Positions 12,987-25,618 of a DNA stretch of 57,279 nt are shown piece by piece. The notes under the pieces are model-generated. The model made no database searches. It saw only the letters and a program-made list of their open reading frames with translations, and was not told the DNA's origin. The stretch spans positions 408,152,722 to 408,210,000 of the forward strand of contig CM097883.1 in assembly GCA_044892505.1 (NCBI GenBank), read 5' to 3'. Within the stretch, counting starts at the first letter, position 1. Each line of letters starts with the position of its first letter. Source of the DNA: Schmidtea nova (lineage: Eukaryota). The position numbers and the translations under genes are program-made.

Positions 12987-13695
12987 CGTGGTGCGCCCAA
13001 TAAGTCCGTGTAATGTGTAGGACGAAAATGTTATTTTGTCGTGTAATTAAACTTTTATTGTAGTTATATTATTATAGGTTTAATTTGTGTAGTTTGTTTT
13101 AAATTTTCACTACAGTTTATATTGACATTTGCGAGATTTTTAAATTTGGTGCAAGTCATTATTTATGCAGTGAATATCACAGCGTTATAAAGTTTCTGTT
13201 ATTACGCCATGTTCCAATTGACCGAATTATTTCCCAATCGGAGGAGACATATGACAAGGAGTCTCCATTACGCAGAGCAATGTACAATTGGATTGCACTG
13301 TTTAAACATGAGTGTCAATCAGTTTTTGATGAGCAAAGGACTTTACGCCCATGTGAAATTCTGACAAAATTAAAGAAATTTGTGAATTTTTACTGCAAGA
13401 AGGTCGTCAAATCACAACCCCGGCACTAGCTGATGCTGTGAATGTGAGCAAAGGAACCATACAAGCAATCCTGCATGAATTAATTAGTGAGAAAGTTGGT
13501 GTCCAAATTTGTTCCCCGCTTTCTTTTATCAGAAATGTGTGTGAAGCGACTGGAGTGCTCTCAGGCAACCCTCCTCTCTTTCCAACGGCACGGTGAGGCG
13601 TTCCTGTGTCATATCATAACGCAAGATAAAATCCATCTCAGTCTGTATCTGCCAGAGTCTAAAGCGAGTCAAGAGAGTGAAAATTTGGTTGACTA
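12987..13695 (+). mobile_element. 3'-truncated mariner transposon with transposase pseudogene
   Basis: TA followed by a mariner-like terminus cgtggtgcgcccaataagtccg. Translated fragments YNWIALFK, VSKGTIQAILHE, RKLVSKFVPRFL and FLCHIITQDK..LYLPESK match the mariner HTH, WVPxxL and first-Asp regions. Confidence 0.85.
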
Positions 13696-14203
13696 AATAG
13701 GCTGATCATGTTAGGAAATGTGCTAGTATCTCTGATTTTAAAATATTTGCAAAATGTTTAAGTAATTATTGCGAACGATTAACTTGTGAGGCATTGTTGA
13801 TTAGATATTTAAATCCAAAGATTATTTTATTTTAAAAATTGAATTTAGATACAATTTGAGTATGATTATTAATGAATAATTTGTTTTAATATTTACTATT
13901 TTCTATTTATAATTGATTATCCTGATTGCTGGCCTGAAGATGACTGTTAGTCGGTCGAAACTAAACGCGATCATGTGGAATACAATTAGTTGGTGTTTAT
14001 CTATTAATAATAATAATAGTAACCATAATAATAATAATATTGCGAGAGGATGTGCTAGACAAGAATGAATGCAGAACCATTGACGCGACATGCGCATCCG
14101 TACAGATGCAACGTCAAATGACCGACGGATATAAAGAGGAATGAAGAGTTATTAATTGCAGTAAATAAGTCAAATAAATTAATCAGATCACATAACAGGA
14201 TTT

Positions 14204-15698
14204 ATGAATATTTCTCGCTGCGAATTCGACTTATTAAATGGGAATATTCTCAATTTGCACAATGAAATTAAATCGCTGAAGGAGGAAATGGGCCTCGTGA
14301 AGAGGGGCAGATCGGCAGGTGAAGTATGTCACTCATCATTGGATTTTACCAGAATGATTTACAAATTTTAGGAAACAGACAAACAAATAATATCAGTATT
14401 CAATTTAATCAAACAAGAAATGGCAAGTTTGAAAAATGAGAACTTCGCTATGAAATTGGAAAATCAAGATTTAAAAGTTGTTTTTGTTGTTGTTGTTGTT
14501 GTTGTTGTTGTGTTGTTGTCGATGTGTTGTTGTTGACATTGTTGTTGTTTGTTGATGTTATTGTTGTTATTTGTTGTTGATAATGTTGTTATTGATGTTG
14601 TTGTTTATATTATTGTTATTTGTTGTTGTTGATATTGTTGTTTGTTGTTGTTGTTGTTGATATTTTTGTTATTTGTCGTTGTTGTTCGTTGCTGTTGCTG
14701 ATATTGTTGTTATTTGTTGTTGTTGCTTGTTGTTAATATTGTTGTTATTTGTTGTTGTTGCTGATATTGTTGTTATTTGTTGTTTTTTGTTGATTTTGTT
14801 GTTGTTGATATTGTTGATATTATTGTTTGTTGTTGTTGATAATGTTGTTATTGATGTTGCGGTTGATGTCATTTGTTGTTGTTTGTTGATAAGGAGAAAG
14901 AAATGAATATACTAGTCCTTTGATTTTATTAACCGCTTATTTCAGCAACAAATCGATGTTTTGAATGTGAAGATCGAATCAACAGCCAATGAAACTAAGC
15001 TATTATTGAACAATAATCGCAAGGAGCATTTTAAACAAGTGCTAATTTTGCAATAAAAGTCAGATTTATATATTTTCCCATAGAATATATTTAGAGCGGC
15101 AATGGATCACAGTTGTACTGAAACGGCTGCTAATTGGGAGAAGTGGACAGAACTGGATAAAATTGTCAAATTCACCAAATCAGTCACACACCAGCTGGAG
15201 ATGAAAATGATAGATATCGAATTGGCAATTGAAAGGTTGGATTACGGATCACAAATATGGATCATCAATGATTAGAAGGAGAAAATGGATCTTTCCAAAA
15301 TTGGGTTAAATGCTGAGATTTTTAGTAAATCGTTTTATTCTCACAAATATGGTTATAAAATGGGCCTAATTCTCAACCCAAAGGGATTCAGTAAAGGGAA
15401 AGGGTCTCACTTGTCTGTGTTTTTCGGGATAATCAAAGGAGAATTCGACGATGTCTTACCGTGGCCGTGCAGAACTAATGTTACCATTGAACTCATTGAT
15501 CAAACCAACGGATCAGTTCACACGAGGAAAACAACAAAGTTTGAAAGAAATTCAACTAACGAGGCCTACCGAAAGCCGATAGTTGAGAGAAACGTTGGAA
15601 TTGGATTTTCAAAATATATAAAGTATTCAGAGCTGCTAGCAAAGGAGGGACTCACGAAAAATAATAAAATCATTCGTAAATGTAAATTTATAAAGTGA
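14204..15698 (+). pseudogene. Second TRAF-family locus (coiled coil and MATH), probable pseudogene. Exons about 14204-14323, 14372-14476, 14946-15038, 15084-15698
   Basis: MATH motifs FYSHKYGYKMGLILNPKG, GSHLSVFFGIIKGEFDDVLPWP and NVGIGFSKYI. There is an in-frame TAG at 15273-15275, a GTT-repeat block at 14477-14887, and no recognisable RING upstream. Confidence 0.8.
14477..14887. repeat. Degenerate (GTT)n/(AAC)n low-complexity block
   Basis: Directly visible. Confidence 0.95.
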
Positions 15699-15899
15699 AA
15701 TATTGTATTGTTATTATTAGCCCTTGCGTTGATTTACTGGGGAAATGTTAAATATTGTCAATATTCACAAAGGTTCCCAACTTCTACTTCATCGACCTCT
15801 CGAGGGTCCGTGACCATTTGTTTTAAAACAAAATATTTATATTATTTAAAATTCAATAGCACAATATCGCGGAATATATGTCAACAAAGCGTTTCAGTA

Positions 15900-17430
15900 G
15901 GAAAAGCGGCATCGTATTATTTCCAAAAAATATTTTGAATATCTTGAATATAGAAAACTATGAACTATATCCAACACTACTTTCCCTTTATACAATAAAA
16001 ACATAATAGACTTTGATCTTAATTTTGAAAGTTGATTGGCGAGCAAGTGCGAATCCAGGTGGGCGATCGCCCCATCCCACTTAGACTTCACATTAGATAG
16101 TTTCAGTTTGAGAATATCTTACTGTATTGCATTTCATGTTTGCTGAATTGCTTTAACTTTGCCCCTCTATCTAGTAAAATACTGACTGATTTATCAAATC
16201 GATAAATTCAATTATGCAGAATAACTTTAAAAATACATTGATCATCTATTTGAAATACTGCAGTTAGACTAACCAGCTTGCCAAATCAATCAATGATAAT
16301 TACCAAATATTCTGTTAGCTTCTGTATTATCCATATATGCAATATCTACTACGATTGGTTAAAGGAAATTTCTACTTTGTGTCTGAATTAGTATTTTCTT
16401 AGTTTTTTTGATTTATCTATATTTTCCCGCATACAAGATGTACCTTTAACTCTATCTTTTATAGTATTTAGCAGAGATAGCCAAAAATAATGGTCTTTAA
16501 GATAATTATAAATTTTCCATTAGATTCATCCTTAAAGCATGTGTCAATTAATTTATATATTTGACTCAAGATTCGGAACCTTCAACTTATTGTTTTGTTT
16601 GACATTGCCAGTATAAAGATTCCCTAATTCTTGATAGCCCATCTAAATTAGTATATTCGCAGCATTTTCTATATTGAAGATTGATGTAATATTATTTTAG
16701 ATTAGTTATTCAAGTTTGAAATTGATGACTTTAGTATTTTTGCTGTATTCATAAAAACCGATGCTCAGTGATCCGTTACATGACCATGCCATAGTTGCTT
16801 TCTAGTCACATAATAACACTTTTCGTGATCCATAAGAAACTCTGCTTCATCGCCATTTTCTTTAATCTGACTCAAAACTGCTCCGAATGCCCCAAAGCTA
16901 GAATCTATATCTTAAACAAATGTAATATTTATTCTAGAAGACTAGATTGAAGATTCTAGATTGATACTGCATAATTTCATCTTTAACTCGTAGGAACCTT
17001 TTCGCTATTTTCAGTCCGTTGCAAGTTTTATCCCTACCAAAAGTTGCCATATAAAGTGGTGCAGTTATTTGGACATATCCTTTAATAAACCGATGATAAT
17101 AATTAGCTAAACCTACAAATAATCTTAATTTAAACGAACGCTTTAAAATTTCAGCGTTTAAAATTTCATCAATTTCAAAAATATTTGTTCTTATTCCTTC
17201 AGAAATTATTAGAATGACCCAACAATCACGAAATACTAAAATCACAATCAAGGCAGTCTTTTAATTTGCAAAGGTTCGATGAAATTCTATCAATATTGCA
17301 ATCTAGCATTTGTCCTTGAGATTTCAATCCGAATTCCACCGTTGGTTCACGCAATTCTCTCCCATGCTACTCGTCAGAGGTTATCAATTCCGGTAGATGC
17401 GTGCCACTCACAGGAGTTAATGCGCATTTT
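15900..17430 (-). mobile_element. Decayed Ty3/Gypsy pol relic (RT connection, RNase H, start of integrase)
   Basis: LRLFVGLANYYHRFIKGYVQITAPL, DSSFGAFGAVLSQIKENGDE, VTDH and NLDGLSR, with many stops and frameshifts. Boundaries are approximate. Confidence 0.8.
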
Positions 17431-17522
17431 CGAATGATGCCTGGTAATTCTAATTTATAAAAGAAAAATATCAAATTATTGCAGGCGCAATTACGCAATC
17501 TCCTTAGTTCAAGTATCTAAAG

Positions 17523-17923
17523 CAGCACCCCGCAAGCTATGACCCATGGACCACTGAGTGACCCAAAGCATCATTTCATGTTAGCCGCTTCGAAATTGTA
17601 AAGAAATTTCCAAATCAATTAATATTTTTTTGTTTACAAAAATTGCATATAAAATTGAAAGTTAAAATATTAAATGTTGGTTTTGTTGTTTTTTAATTGT
17701 TTTTTTACTATTTTTTTTTACTAGTTTTATTTACTATTTTTTACTATTTTTTCATTTACGTTTAAATAAAATTTGTTTTGCTGGATAATAAATGAATTAA
17801 CTTTTAATTTAACTATTTTTTAAAAATTGCTTTCATATAAAATTGTTATTGACCCACTACGAGTTTAAAAAAATCTCATCTTAGGCGAATTTACCCGTGA
17901 CAAAAAAAGTTTGCCGACCCCTG
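17523..17923. mobile_element. hAT (Charlie-like) MITE, 401 bp
   Basis: Right end agtttgccgacccctg with a degenerate left end. The 8-bp flanks are ATCTAAAG and ATTTAAAG (7/8). Confidence 0.7.
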
Positions 17924-20331
17924 ATTTAAAGAAATATCAATGCAGACAATAGGAATATATGGTCGCGAAACCAGGATAACACAATAAACTAATTATTCAA
18001 AATGGAGGTTATTGTTATTCAATGGAGGGCATATCATAGTTATATGAATAAAATATCAAGTCCTTTGTAAATTCAAGAAAAAATTAAATTTTTTTTGTTT
18101 TCAGACATTCTGTTGTTTTTAAATATTGGAATATTTATAATATATTCTTAAAAAAATATTTTTTGTAATAAAAAGAATATTACATTTTTAAGATTAATTT
18201 ATTTAAATTAAAAATTTTTTAATTGTTTTAAATTTTTTGACTGATATATGAAATTTATAATATATATTTTATTTTAAAAATTAATTTTAATTTTGTTTGA
18301 AAAATCGATTTATTTGATTTATAGTTGAATGTAAGATTGGGTAGCACCTGATGAAGAGAATTAAGTTCTCGAAAAATATTGTGCAAAATATATATTTGGA
18401 TTGGCGTTTGTTTTTTTATAAAATAAATATTTGAAATATTCAATGGAAAACTATGCATGTTAGTGACTCAATATAGCTGTATGACTATCTATTGATTATT
18501 ATAAGCAATATAAAATTTTATAAAATTATTTATTATTATAATAAATAATATTGAATTAAAAGATCCGATCTACATCAGTAACGCAGGAAGATAATACTCC
18601 GATCGCTCAAAGTAAAAAAAACAATTTCCGTTCAGACTATTTGTATGCGATATTAATATTGTCATTCGGAGTTGTTGAATATGAATTAGAAGTAAATGAA
18701 GAAAAATCGATTTTAAATGCTTCAGAGGTTATTATGCATTTTAATTGATAATTAAACAAACGACTGTAATATTTGACGGGCTATATACCAAATACTAATC
18801 AGAGATAAGTGTTAATCTATAGGTAACATTGTAACTATTTAAATCCTTCACCAATATTCTTATCGAACAATAAATAGGGTATCATGTTCATAATTATTGC
18901 TTTCAGGAGTTAAATGAACACAATTTTGAATCGCAAAATAAGATGTGTCACTTGGTCGCTTGTCCAAATGATTCCTTATGAAACCCATTTATAATGCTCA
19001 TCAAAGTTCTCGCTTCAAAATTGCAGCTTCTGAAGGGAAAACTTTCATGAATGTTTAAGTTCATAGGCATTCAAAATAACCTATTTATATGGATCGATGT
19101 CACAAAGTGCTTTTCCAGAGGTTAGTGCGGTCTGTGCTTAAATCTGAAGGTCTCCTTTGCCTTGTTGATTACAAGTGAGTTGCCATCAGTTTCATAAGAA
19201 TGGTGGATTTCCTACTCAGTAAATAATTCAGTAAGTTATATCATTACAGATTAAACAATTCTGTTTTACCTTTGATGCTAGATCTGTACACATCAACCGG
19301 AACGGAACCCTAAATCCCAAGATCAGCTGATTTTGGATTTTTTCAGCTCAAAGTTTGAGTTTTTGAAATCTAGGACAGGAAAAGTGAACTTCTTCTTCAT
19401 CTCTATCAGAAGAATTAATAAATATAAATTATTTACGCATAGTGACCGACTAAATAATTTATCAGTTTTCATAAAATTATCCACCAGTAAATTGGAAAAC
19501 ATTTAAGTTGATTTTTCTCTCACTTCGCCAACTGGCTGTTGAAGCCAAGCTATAATAAAAGCAAGTGAGGGAAAAATAACTTTGCCAGTTAAGCCGAAAC
19601 TAAAAATATAGAAATAAAAGAAAATAGGATTAAGTAAAATAAAAAAAAATCAATTCAAAGAAAAATTAAATCAGAATCATTACGCAGTTTTATCTCACTC
19701 ATCAGCAGGCAATTTACCGGCATCCGTCGGGTAAACGGTATTACAAAAAAACTCTATTTAGTTTTATTTATCAAGTGTAAACTTCAACGATCGTTGTGAT
19801 TAAATTTGTGTACAACTCAATCAATTTCTATTTGCAATGTCAAGTTGCAATATTTGGAACGCCATATTTGAAAGTTTGATTTTTTCTGTCTTTATATTTT
19901 TGACAAAAGTTGTTGTCAGAAAATTTTCTATAATGAAGTCTTATTCCATTCCAACCGATTATAATTTCCTTAACATTTCATAGCCAATGATAATTTTACC
20001 ATATAAAAATTTTCTTATTTCGTTGAGGCCTTGAAATTCACCTATTTGATTCAGGATTGATTCTGGACTTACTCGAATTCTTTCTGGATAAATTACCAAA
20101 TTCTTGTTCTTGTAGTAATTTTTTTATGGAATAGTTCACTTTTACTGGTCTGGAAATCGCTTTTGCAATCTCCAATTACTTTGATATCCATAAATACAAT
20201 TTTTTCTCTTCTTTCATCTGTTGATATTTTTATTTTTGTAAAAATAGTTTTCGTTTGAATATTCACTGCAATATCTGTTTCTACTGCTTCTAAGTTTTGG
20301 AATGGATTTTCCATCATTGAAATGTTTAGTA

Positions 20332-20731
20332 CAGGCCTGGCAACCCCAAATCGAATGAAAAGCCAAAAATAAAACGTCTCAAATTTCATGAGCCACAAAA
20401 AATCCACAAAACAGTTTTTAAAATAAAATTTAATTCATTTGATTATACTACATAACAATAAATTTTTAATGTATATAAACCTATATCATTTGTTAATATT
20501 TGAAAAATCAATACATGTCGAGGTTAATAAAAGGATTACTGATATCGATTTTGAATAAATTAAATGAAGGGAAAATAAAATAAAATTTTCATTTACACTG
20601 AAAATGATGTTCAGTTACATATAATTTGTTTTAATTAAATTTTTTTTGATTTTTATAATATTTAAAATATTTATTAACTGTTTTGTGAGCCGCAAATTTT
20701 CAGGCAATGAGCCGCGGGTTGGCCAACCCTG
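20332..20731. mobile_element. hAT MITE, 400 bp, inserted in a decayed coding region
   Basis: Ends caggcctggcaaccc and gggttggccaaccctg, with exact 8-bp TSD GTTTAGTA (20324-20331, 20732-20739). Confidence 0.8.
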
Positions 20732-21139
20732 GTTTAGTACTTCAATTGTCATTACGCATGGAATAGTATGAATTTGTATAGTGATATCGTTGAATTTGGT
20801 CGACATCTTTCTTTATTTGATTGTCGGAATAATTCTTGACATATTGTTCGGAGTTTGTACTCTTTGATCTTTTTATTTTACAGTTATTTTTGTTTTGTTG
20901 CATGCAAAGTAATCATGTGAGGTATATTTATCCCTTCTGTTAAAACTTCATCTAATTTGGGATATTCTTCAAAATAACCAAATAATTCTTGGAGTTTCAG
21001 TCTGCTTTGATGTGTCAAATTTTATAATTAGCATTTATCTTTCTTCGATGTTTACTTTCAATTGATTTGGGAAATCTCCGAACTCTAATTTGTTAATTTA
21101 TCGGAAAATATGACATTTTGAATGTTAATATAGAAGGAA

Positions 21140-21940
21140 GCAGAATGCTTGTAGAGGGGACGTGTAAATGGATCCATATCTGTCTAGATTGACACTTTGG
21201 ACATTTGAATTTCAGAACCTGTTTGAATTTGTGGATTGCAAAGATTTTGATGATTTGGCTTTGGAACGACGCGATTGCAATCTTATTTCAAGTGAAGACA
21301 TTTTAAATTTTCTTTTTAAGACTCTTAAGGAACAAAATAAGATTTGGCCAATGAACTGCTACAAACATTAAAAACGAAATTGATGGAAAGACGTACTAAA
21401 AATTTGATCTTGGAAATTTGTCCTTGCAATTTCTGCAAAATCCAGAAAATTTAGACACAATTTTTTTTCAAAAAAAAAACAAAGTGAAGCTTGTATTCTT
21501 GTTTTAGCTAAAGAATTAATGACAAAATTAGTGTTACGCGCTTGTGCTGATTGAATCCGGGAATGGTGCAGAAACAGAAGCACAGAAAATTAATACAAGT
21601 CTAACAAAACTGATGAATTGGAACTGAAGATTGTTTCGAGAAAATGCCCATTAAATTAGATTATGTTAATAATTTAAAAAAAATACAAATTTTTGAATTA
21701 ACTGGTAAAAGAACTGGAAATTTACAAAAATAATTTAATTGCTTAAAAACAATAATTTGTGATGCATACATTTATAATTATAATTTTGTATATATATTTT
21801 TAAAAAATATAAAATAATTACCTTTTAATGTTGATGTTTATTATTATTCTTGAAAATTTTCTGAAAAATCCCGGAAAATGTAACTCAAAATTCCCCATAT
21901 CCTGGGAAATTAAAAAGTGTCGGGAAATGGAAATCCCAAT
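21140..21940 (+). mobile_element. hAT transposon 3' remnant (transposase fragment and right end)
   Basis: CNLISSEDILNFLFKTLK...ANELLQTLKTKLMERRTKNL resembles insertion-domain segments of hAT transposases. Subterminal CCCGG/GGGAAA repeats end in gggaaatggaaatccc. Confidence 0.55.
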
Positions 21941-22379
21941 AATATATCATTTTCAGTTTTAGATGGATTTAAATACTATACTAAAATTAGATAATAAAAT
22001 TATAAATTATGATTATAAATTAAATATAAATATTGACTCAATAATTTCCATAATTTTATGACTATATATCAATAATTTTTTTGATCTATTATTTAATTAT
22101 TGATATAAATAAAAAGAGATCAAAGGTGAAACAAAAAGGTAATTATGATACATATTGAAGTTATTATTTGGCTTGACTGTAAAGTTCATATTAATAAATG
22201 ATTGAAAATTAAAATATAAAATATTTATTAAATGCTTGCGTATGAATATTCCCTATTCAAGTATTAACTCATGCTTGCAAAAATATCCTCAAAGATAAAA
22301 AAGAAATTATTTGAATAATATCAGAAATTTGTGTTGTGTTTAAAAAGTAGTTTTAAGAAATTGTGGATGCTATTAATTT

Positions 22380-22650
22380 AAGAAACCAAACAAATAATAT
22401 TGATTATTGCTAAGATTGCTACAATCATCACGGTACTCCGACATTGTATTATGAGGTTATATTTATGTTGTTTTAACACTGTAATATCGGTTTCAGCGGT
22501 TTTACACCTGTTGACATGTGGAATGATTGGATCTTCATTTTTACTTTTCCGTAAGTTTAGATTTTCATTAATCAATTTCATAATGTTAGAAAATGGGAAA
22601 ACAATATGGATTACAAAATCGTTGGGGTCACGTTAAATAAATATGAAATA
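22380..22650 (+). CDS. Possible 3' exons of a small unknown gene with two micro-introns
   Basis: Removing GT-AG introns of 41 and 39 nt (the second starts GTAAGT) gives ILIIAKIATIITVLRHCIMSGFTPVDMWNDWIFIFTFPKWENNMDYKIVGVTLNKYEIK*. No homology recognised. Confidence 0.3.
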
Positions 22651-22899
22651 AAATAAAAAGCACAAAGGCTATGTACAAATCAATGAAAAAACACAAAAAT
22701 CTAAAAATGATAATTAAAGTGCAAAAATTAATTAAAAATTTGAAAAAATTAAAAAATTAAGATTTAACTAGGAAACCTGGGATGGGAGGATGCTAAATGA
22801 TGAGACGAATTCAAATATGTTAAAATAAAATTTAAAAGGATTTCCTATTAGGAAATATTAAGAAAAAAACAAATTAAGAAAATTAATTATCGAATGGAA

Positions 22900-23600
22900 A
22901 ATCTGAGCTAATGGGAAACCCAAGCGGTATAGGAAACCCGAGTCGTCAACAAAATTATCTATTTACCAGGATAAATTGGATGAGTTAGATGAGCTCGGTA
23001 AACAACAACTAACCCAATTTTACCCAGACCTAATTAATTATCGGGAAATCCCGTGGTAAAAAAAGAAAAACCCGAGCGATAAGGAGAATCCAATTGATCA
23101 ACAAAATGATCCAATTAATTTAAGAAAAATCCCAGAAACAATTCGGGATTGTCACCAAAAATTTAATTAGAGCCCAATTAACTTGAGTGACAGTAGTCAC
23201 TATATAAACCCAGATAAAATTCTTAAAAATTGCAAGTTGGTCGAAGCATGAAAATTTAATTCCAAAATTAGCTAAAGAATTTTGAAAGAAAAGTTTTAAA
23301 GTTATAAAAAGTTTGTGTCGAATCAATTGTTTGCTTACCAGGAAGGAGCATCTCCAATTGGAAGACCTACCTCTAACGCTTGAAGAGTGCAGATTAGTGT
23401 GTAATGGTAATTGTGTAGTGAAATTTGAAAATAAAGACTATTGTGTTGGTTTTTTTAAATTTGTTTATAATGAAAGGACACGAGGAGTTAGACAGTAACT
23501 GGCTATTTAATAATAATCCAACAAAATTAAAATATTATATTATAGGAAATAACAGGAGTAGGATAAACACGCATATTTAATAAAACGACGTAGGAAATGC
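22900..23600 (+). repeat. Unclassified repeat, copy 1 (paralogous to about 31050-31700)
   Basis: Shared aaacccgag(t/c)(c/t)gtcaa and ga(c/t)ctacc(t/c)ctaacgc, and a coding-like relic DLPLT.EE....K.YCVG in both copies. Confidence 0.55.
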
Positions 23601-25483
23601 CATGGAGTAACAGTCCATCCTGATGATGAACAATTCGATTTAACAATATGAATTTGGTGATAACTTTTGATTGGTTGTATTATGAATTTAATATTGATTG
23701 ATTATATTAATAATATGTAAGTATTTATTTTTTTATTTTTTTTATTAATTAAAACATCTATTTAATTTTTTCATATTTATTTGATTTTAGTGTATTTTAT
23801 TTTAATTNNNNNNNNNNNNNNNNNNNNNNNNNNNNNNNNNNNNNNNNNNNNNNNNNNNNNNNNNNNNNNNNNNNNNNNNNNNNNNNNNNNNNNNNNNNNN
23901 NNNNNNNNNNNNNNNNNNNNNNNNNNNNNNNNNNNNNNNNNNNNNNNNNNNNNNNNNNNNNNNNNNNNNNNNNNNNNNNNNNNNNNNNNNNNNNNNNNNN
24001 NNNNNNNNNNNNNNNNNNNNNNNNNNNNNNNNNNNNNNNNNNNNNNNNNNNNNNNNNNNNNNNNNNNNNNNNNNNNNNNNNNNNNNNNNNNNNNNNNNNN
24101 NNNNNNNNNNNNNNNNNNNNNNNNNNNNNNNNNNNNNNNNNNNNNNNNNNNNNNNNNNNNNNNNNCATGTTACAGAATATACCAGTATATAATACACCTA
24201 AATTCACCCAAATCAGATAACAAGAATAATAAAGTATCAAGATCAAGATTAAAAAACCCCTCATACCACAAAGGAATTATTTAAATAGATACGCCTGATC
24301 AAAGAACGATAACAAATATAAAGTTTACGGACATTGATATATCCAAAGGACTAGATAATAACTGATAACAGTACCTGCCACGTTGAATATATAAAAACGC
24401 AAATAAATAGTTCATATGTAGCACTAGTGGCGAAAGGAGCTATCAGTATAGCGCTAATATTTTTATTATAGCGTTTGAATGTTCAATTTGCAACGAGACT
24501 TCATATATAGTAGAACCATGTTTATAAGCTCAAATGAGCAATGTAATGTGCAGGTTAATCAATTTACTTCCAAGTATTGGTTCTATCCCAGAAGGGTAGA
24601 TAAACCCGCTGAATTGGAAAAACACAATAAACTTGACATGTGTTACTCAGATGGTATGCAAGTAATAAGAATAAATGGCTGGAGATACTCAACTACATGA
24701 AACACTACTACAATCATGAATTCAGATGAACTGTCACGAATTTATAGCACCAATAAAACCGATCTGTATCGAGTAAATCTTTAGTTCAAAAGAAGCTGAC
24801 TAAAGAGGAAGATCACGTAGCGACAGTGTTTATAGTGACTAGATTTGCAAAATTAGGAGTGGACATGCAGAAACGTCCATCAAGATTGCAATTTTGGACA
24901 TTAAAAGAAATCAATCTGAGAAAAGGATAAGTCGGTAGAAAACACGCGATGTTTATAATCCAGAGACAGCGCTCTAATGAGATCTAGACTAACACTGCTG
25001 CTGTCTAGGGTGTAGTGTCTCAAAAAGTGCAGAAACAATGATCATTTTTTAAATAAACTTTTCTAAAATCTTTGAATTTTCACTATTCATAAGACATTTT
25101 CCTATAATATATTATAATTTAAAGGTCCATTTAAAGGTTCATATACTGTCTGTGATGCAACAGCAACTAATTTGAAGCTACGTCCAATTAATAATAAAAA
25201 AGCAGAAACAATCGTAGTTCACGCGAATCGACGTAAAAAGGTATCTGAAAAAGAATATCAATTACGATCAAAACAAAACAAACTTAATGACGAAACCATC
25301 ATTAAGCAAAAATTTCAAAAACACCCAACTCCAATGAGTTACATGAACAAAGTTTTATTCATAACCACAGTTTTATTGAGCATAATAATAAATACGAAAG
25401 AGATGAATATTGATCTACCTTATGAAGTAAATAAAGTGTCATTATTGGATAAAATTGATATATATATATTCAAACTTTACTAG

Positions 25484-25618
25484 TATAGATCAAAATTTCT
25501 TTAAATAAGTGCACAATATTTCGGCACAGCCTTTATCAAGTTTGTATTTGATAAAGGCACACTTGATAAAGGCTGTGCCGAAATATTGTGCACTTATTTA
25601 AAGAAATTTTGATTTATA
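25484..25618. repeat. 58-bp-arm inverted repeat (1 mismatch, 19-bp spacer) made of PLE terminal sequence
   Basis: Arms 25484-25541 and 25561-25618, read directly from the sequence. Confidence 0.95.
25563..25590 (+). ncRNA. Minimal type I hammerhead-like motif, U3:A8 variant (best copy; antisense copy at about 25512-25539)
   Basis: cac-TTGATAA-A-GGC-TGT-GCC-GAAA-TATT-gtg, with palindromic AATATT at stem III. Confidence 0.55.

Noticed and set aside
14669-14906. Poly-N/T and poly-V/L ORFs
   Set aside because: They are translations of the GTT microsatellite.
24604-24615. ACCCGCTGAATT, matching the conserved 5' region of LSU rRNA
   Set aside because: Only 12 bp match and the flanks are not rRNA-like.
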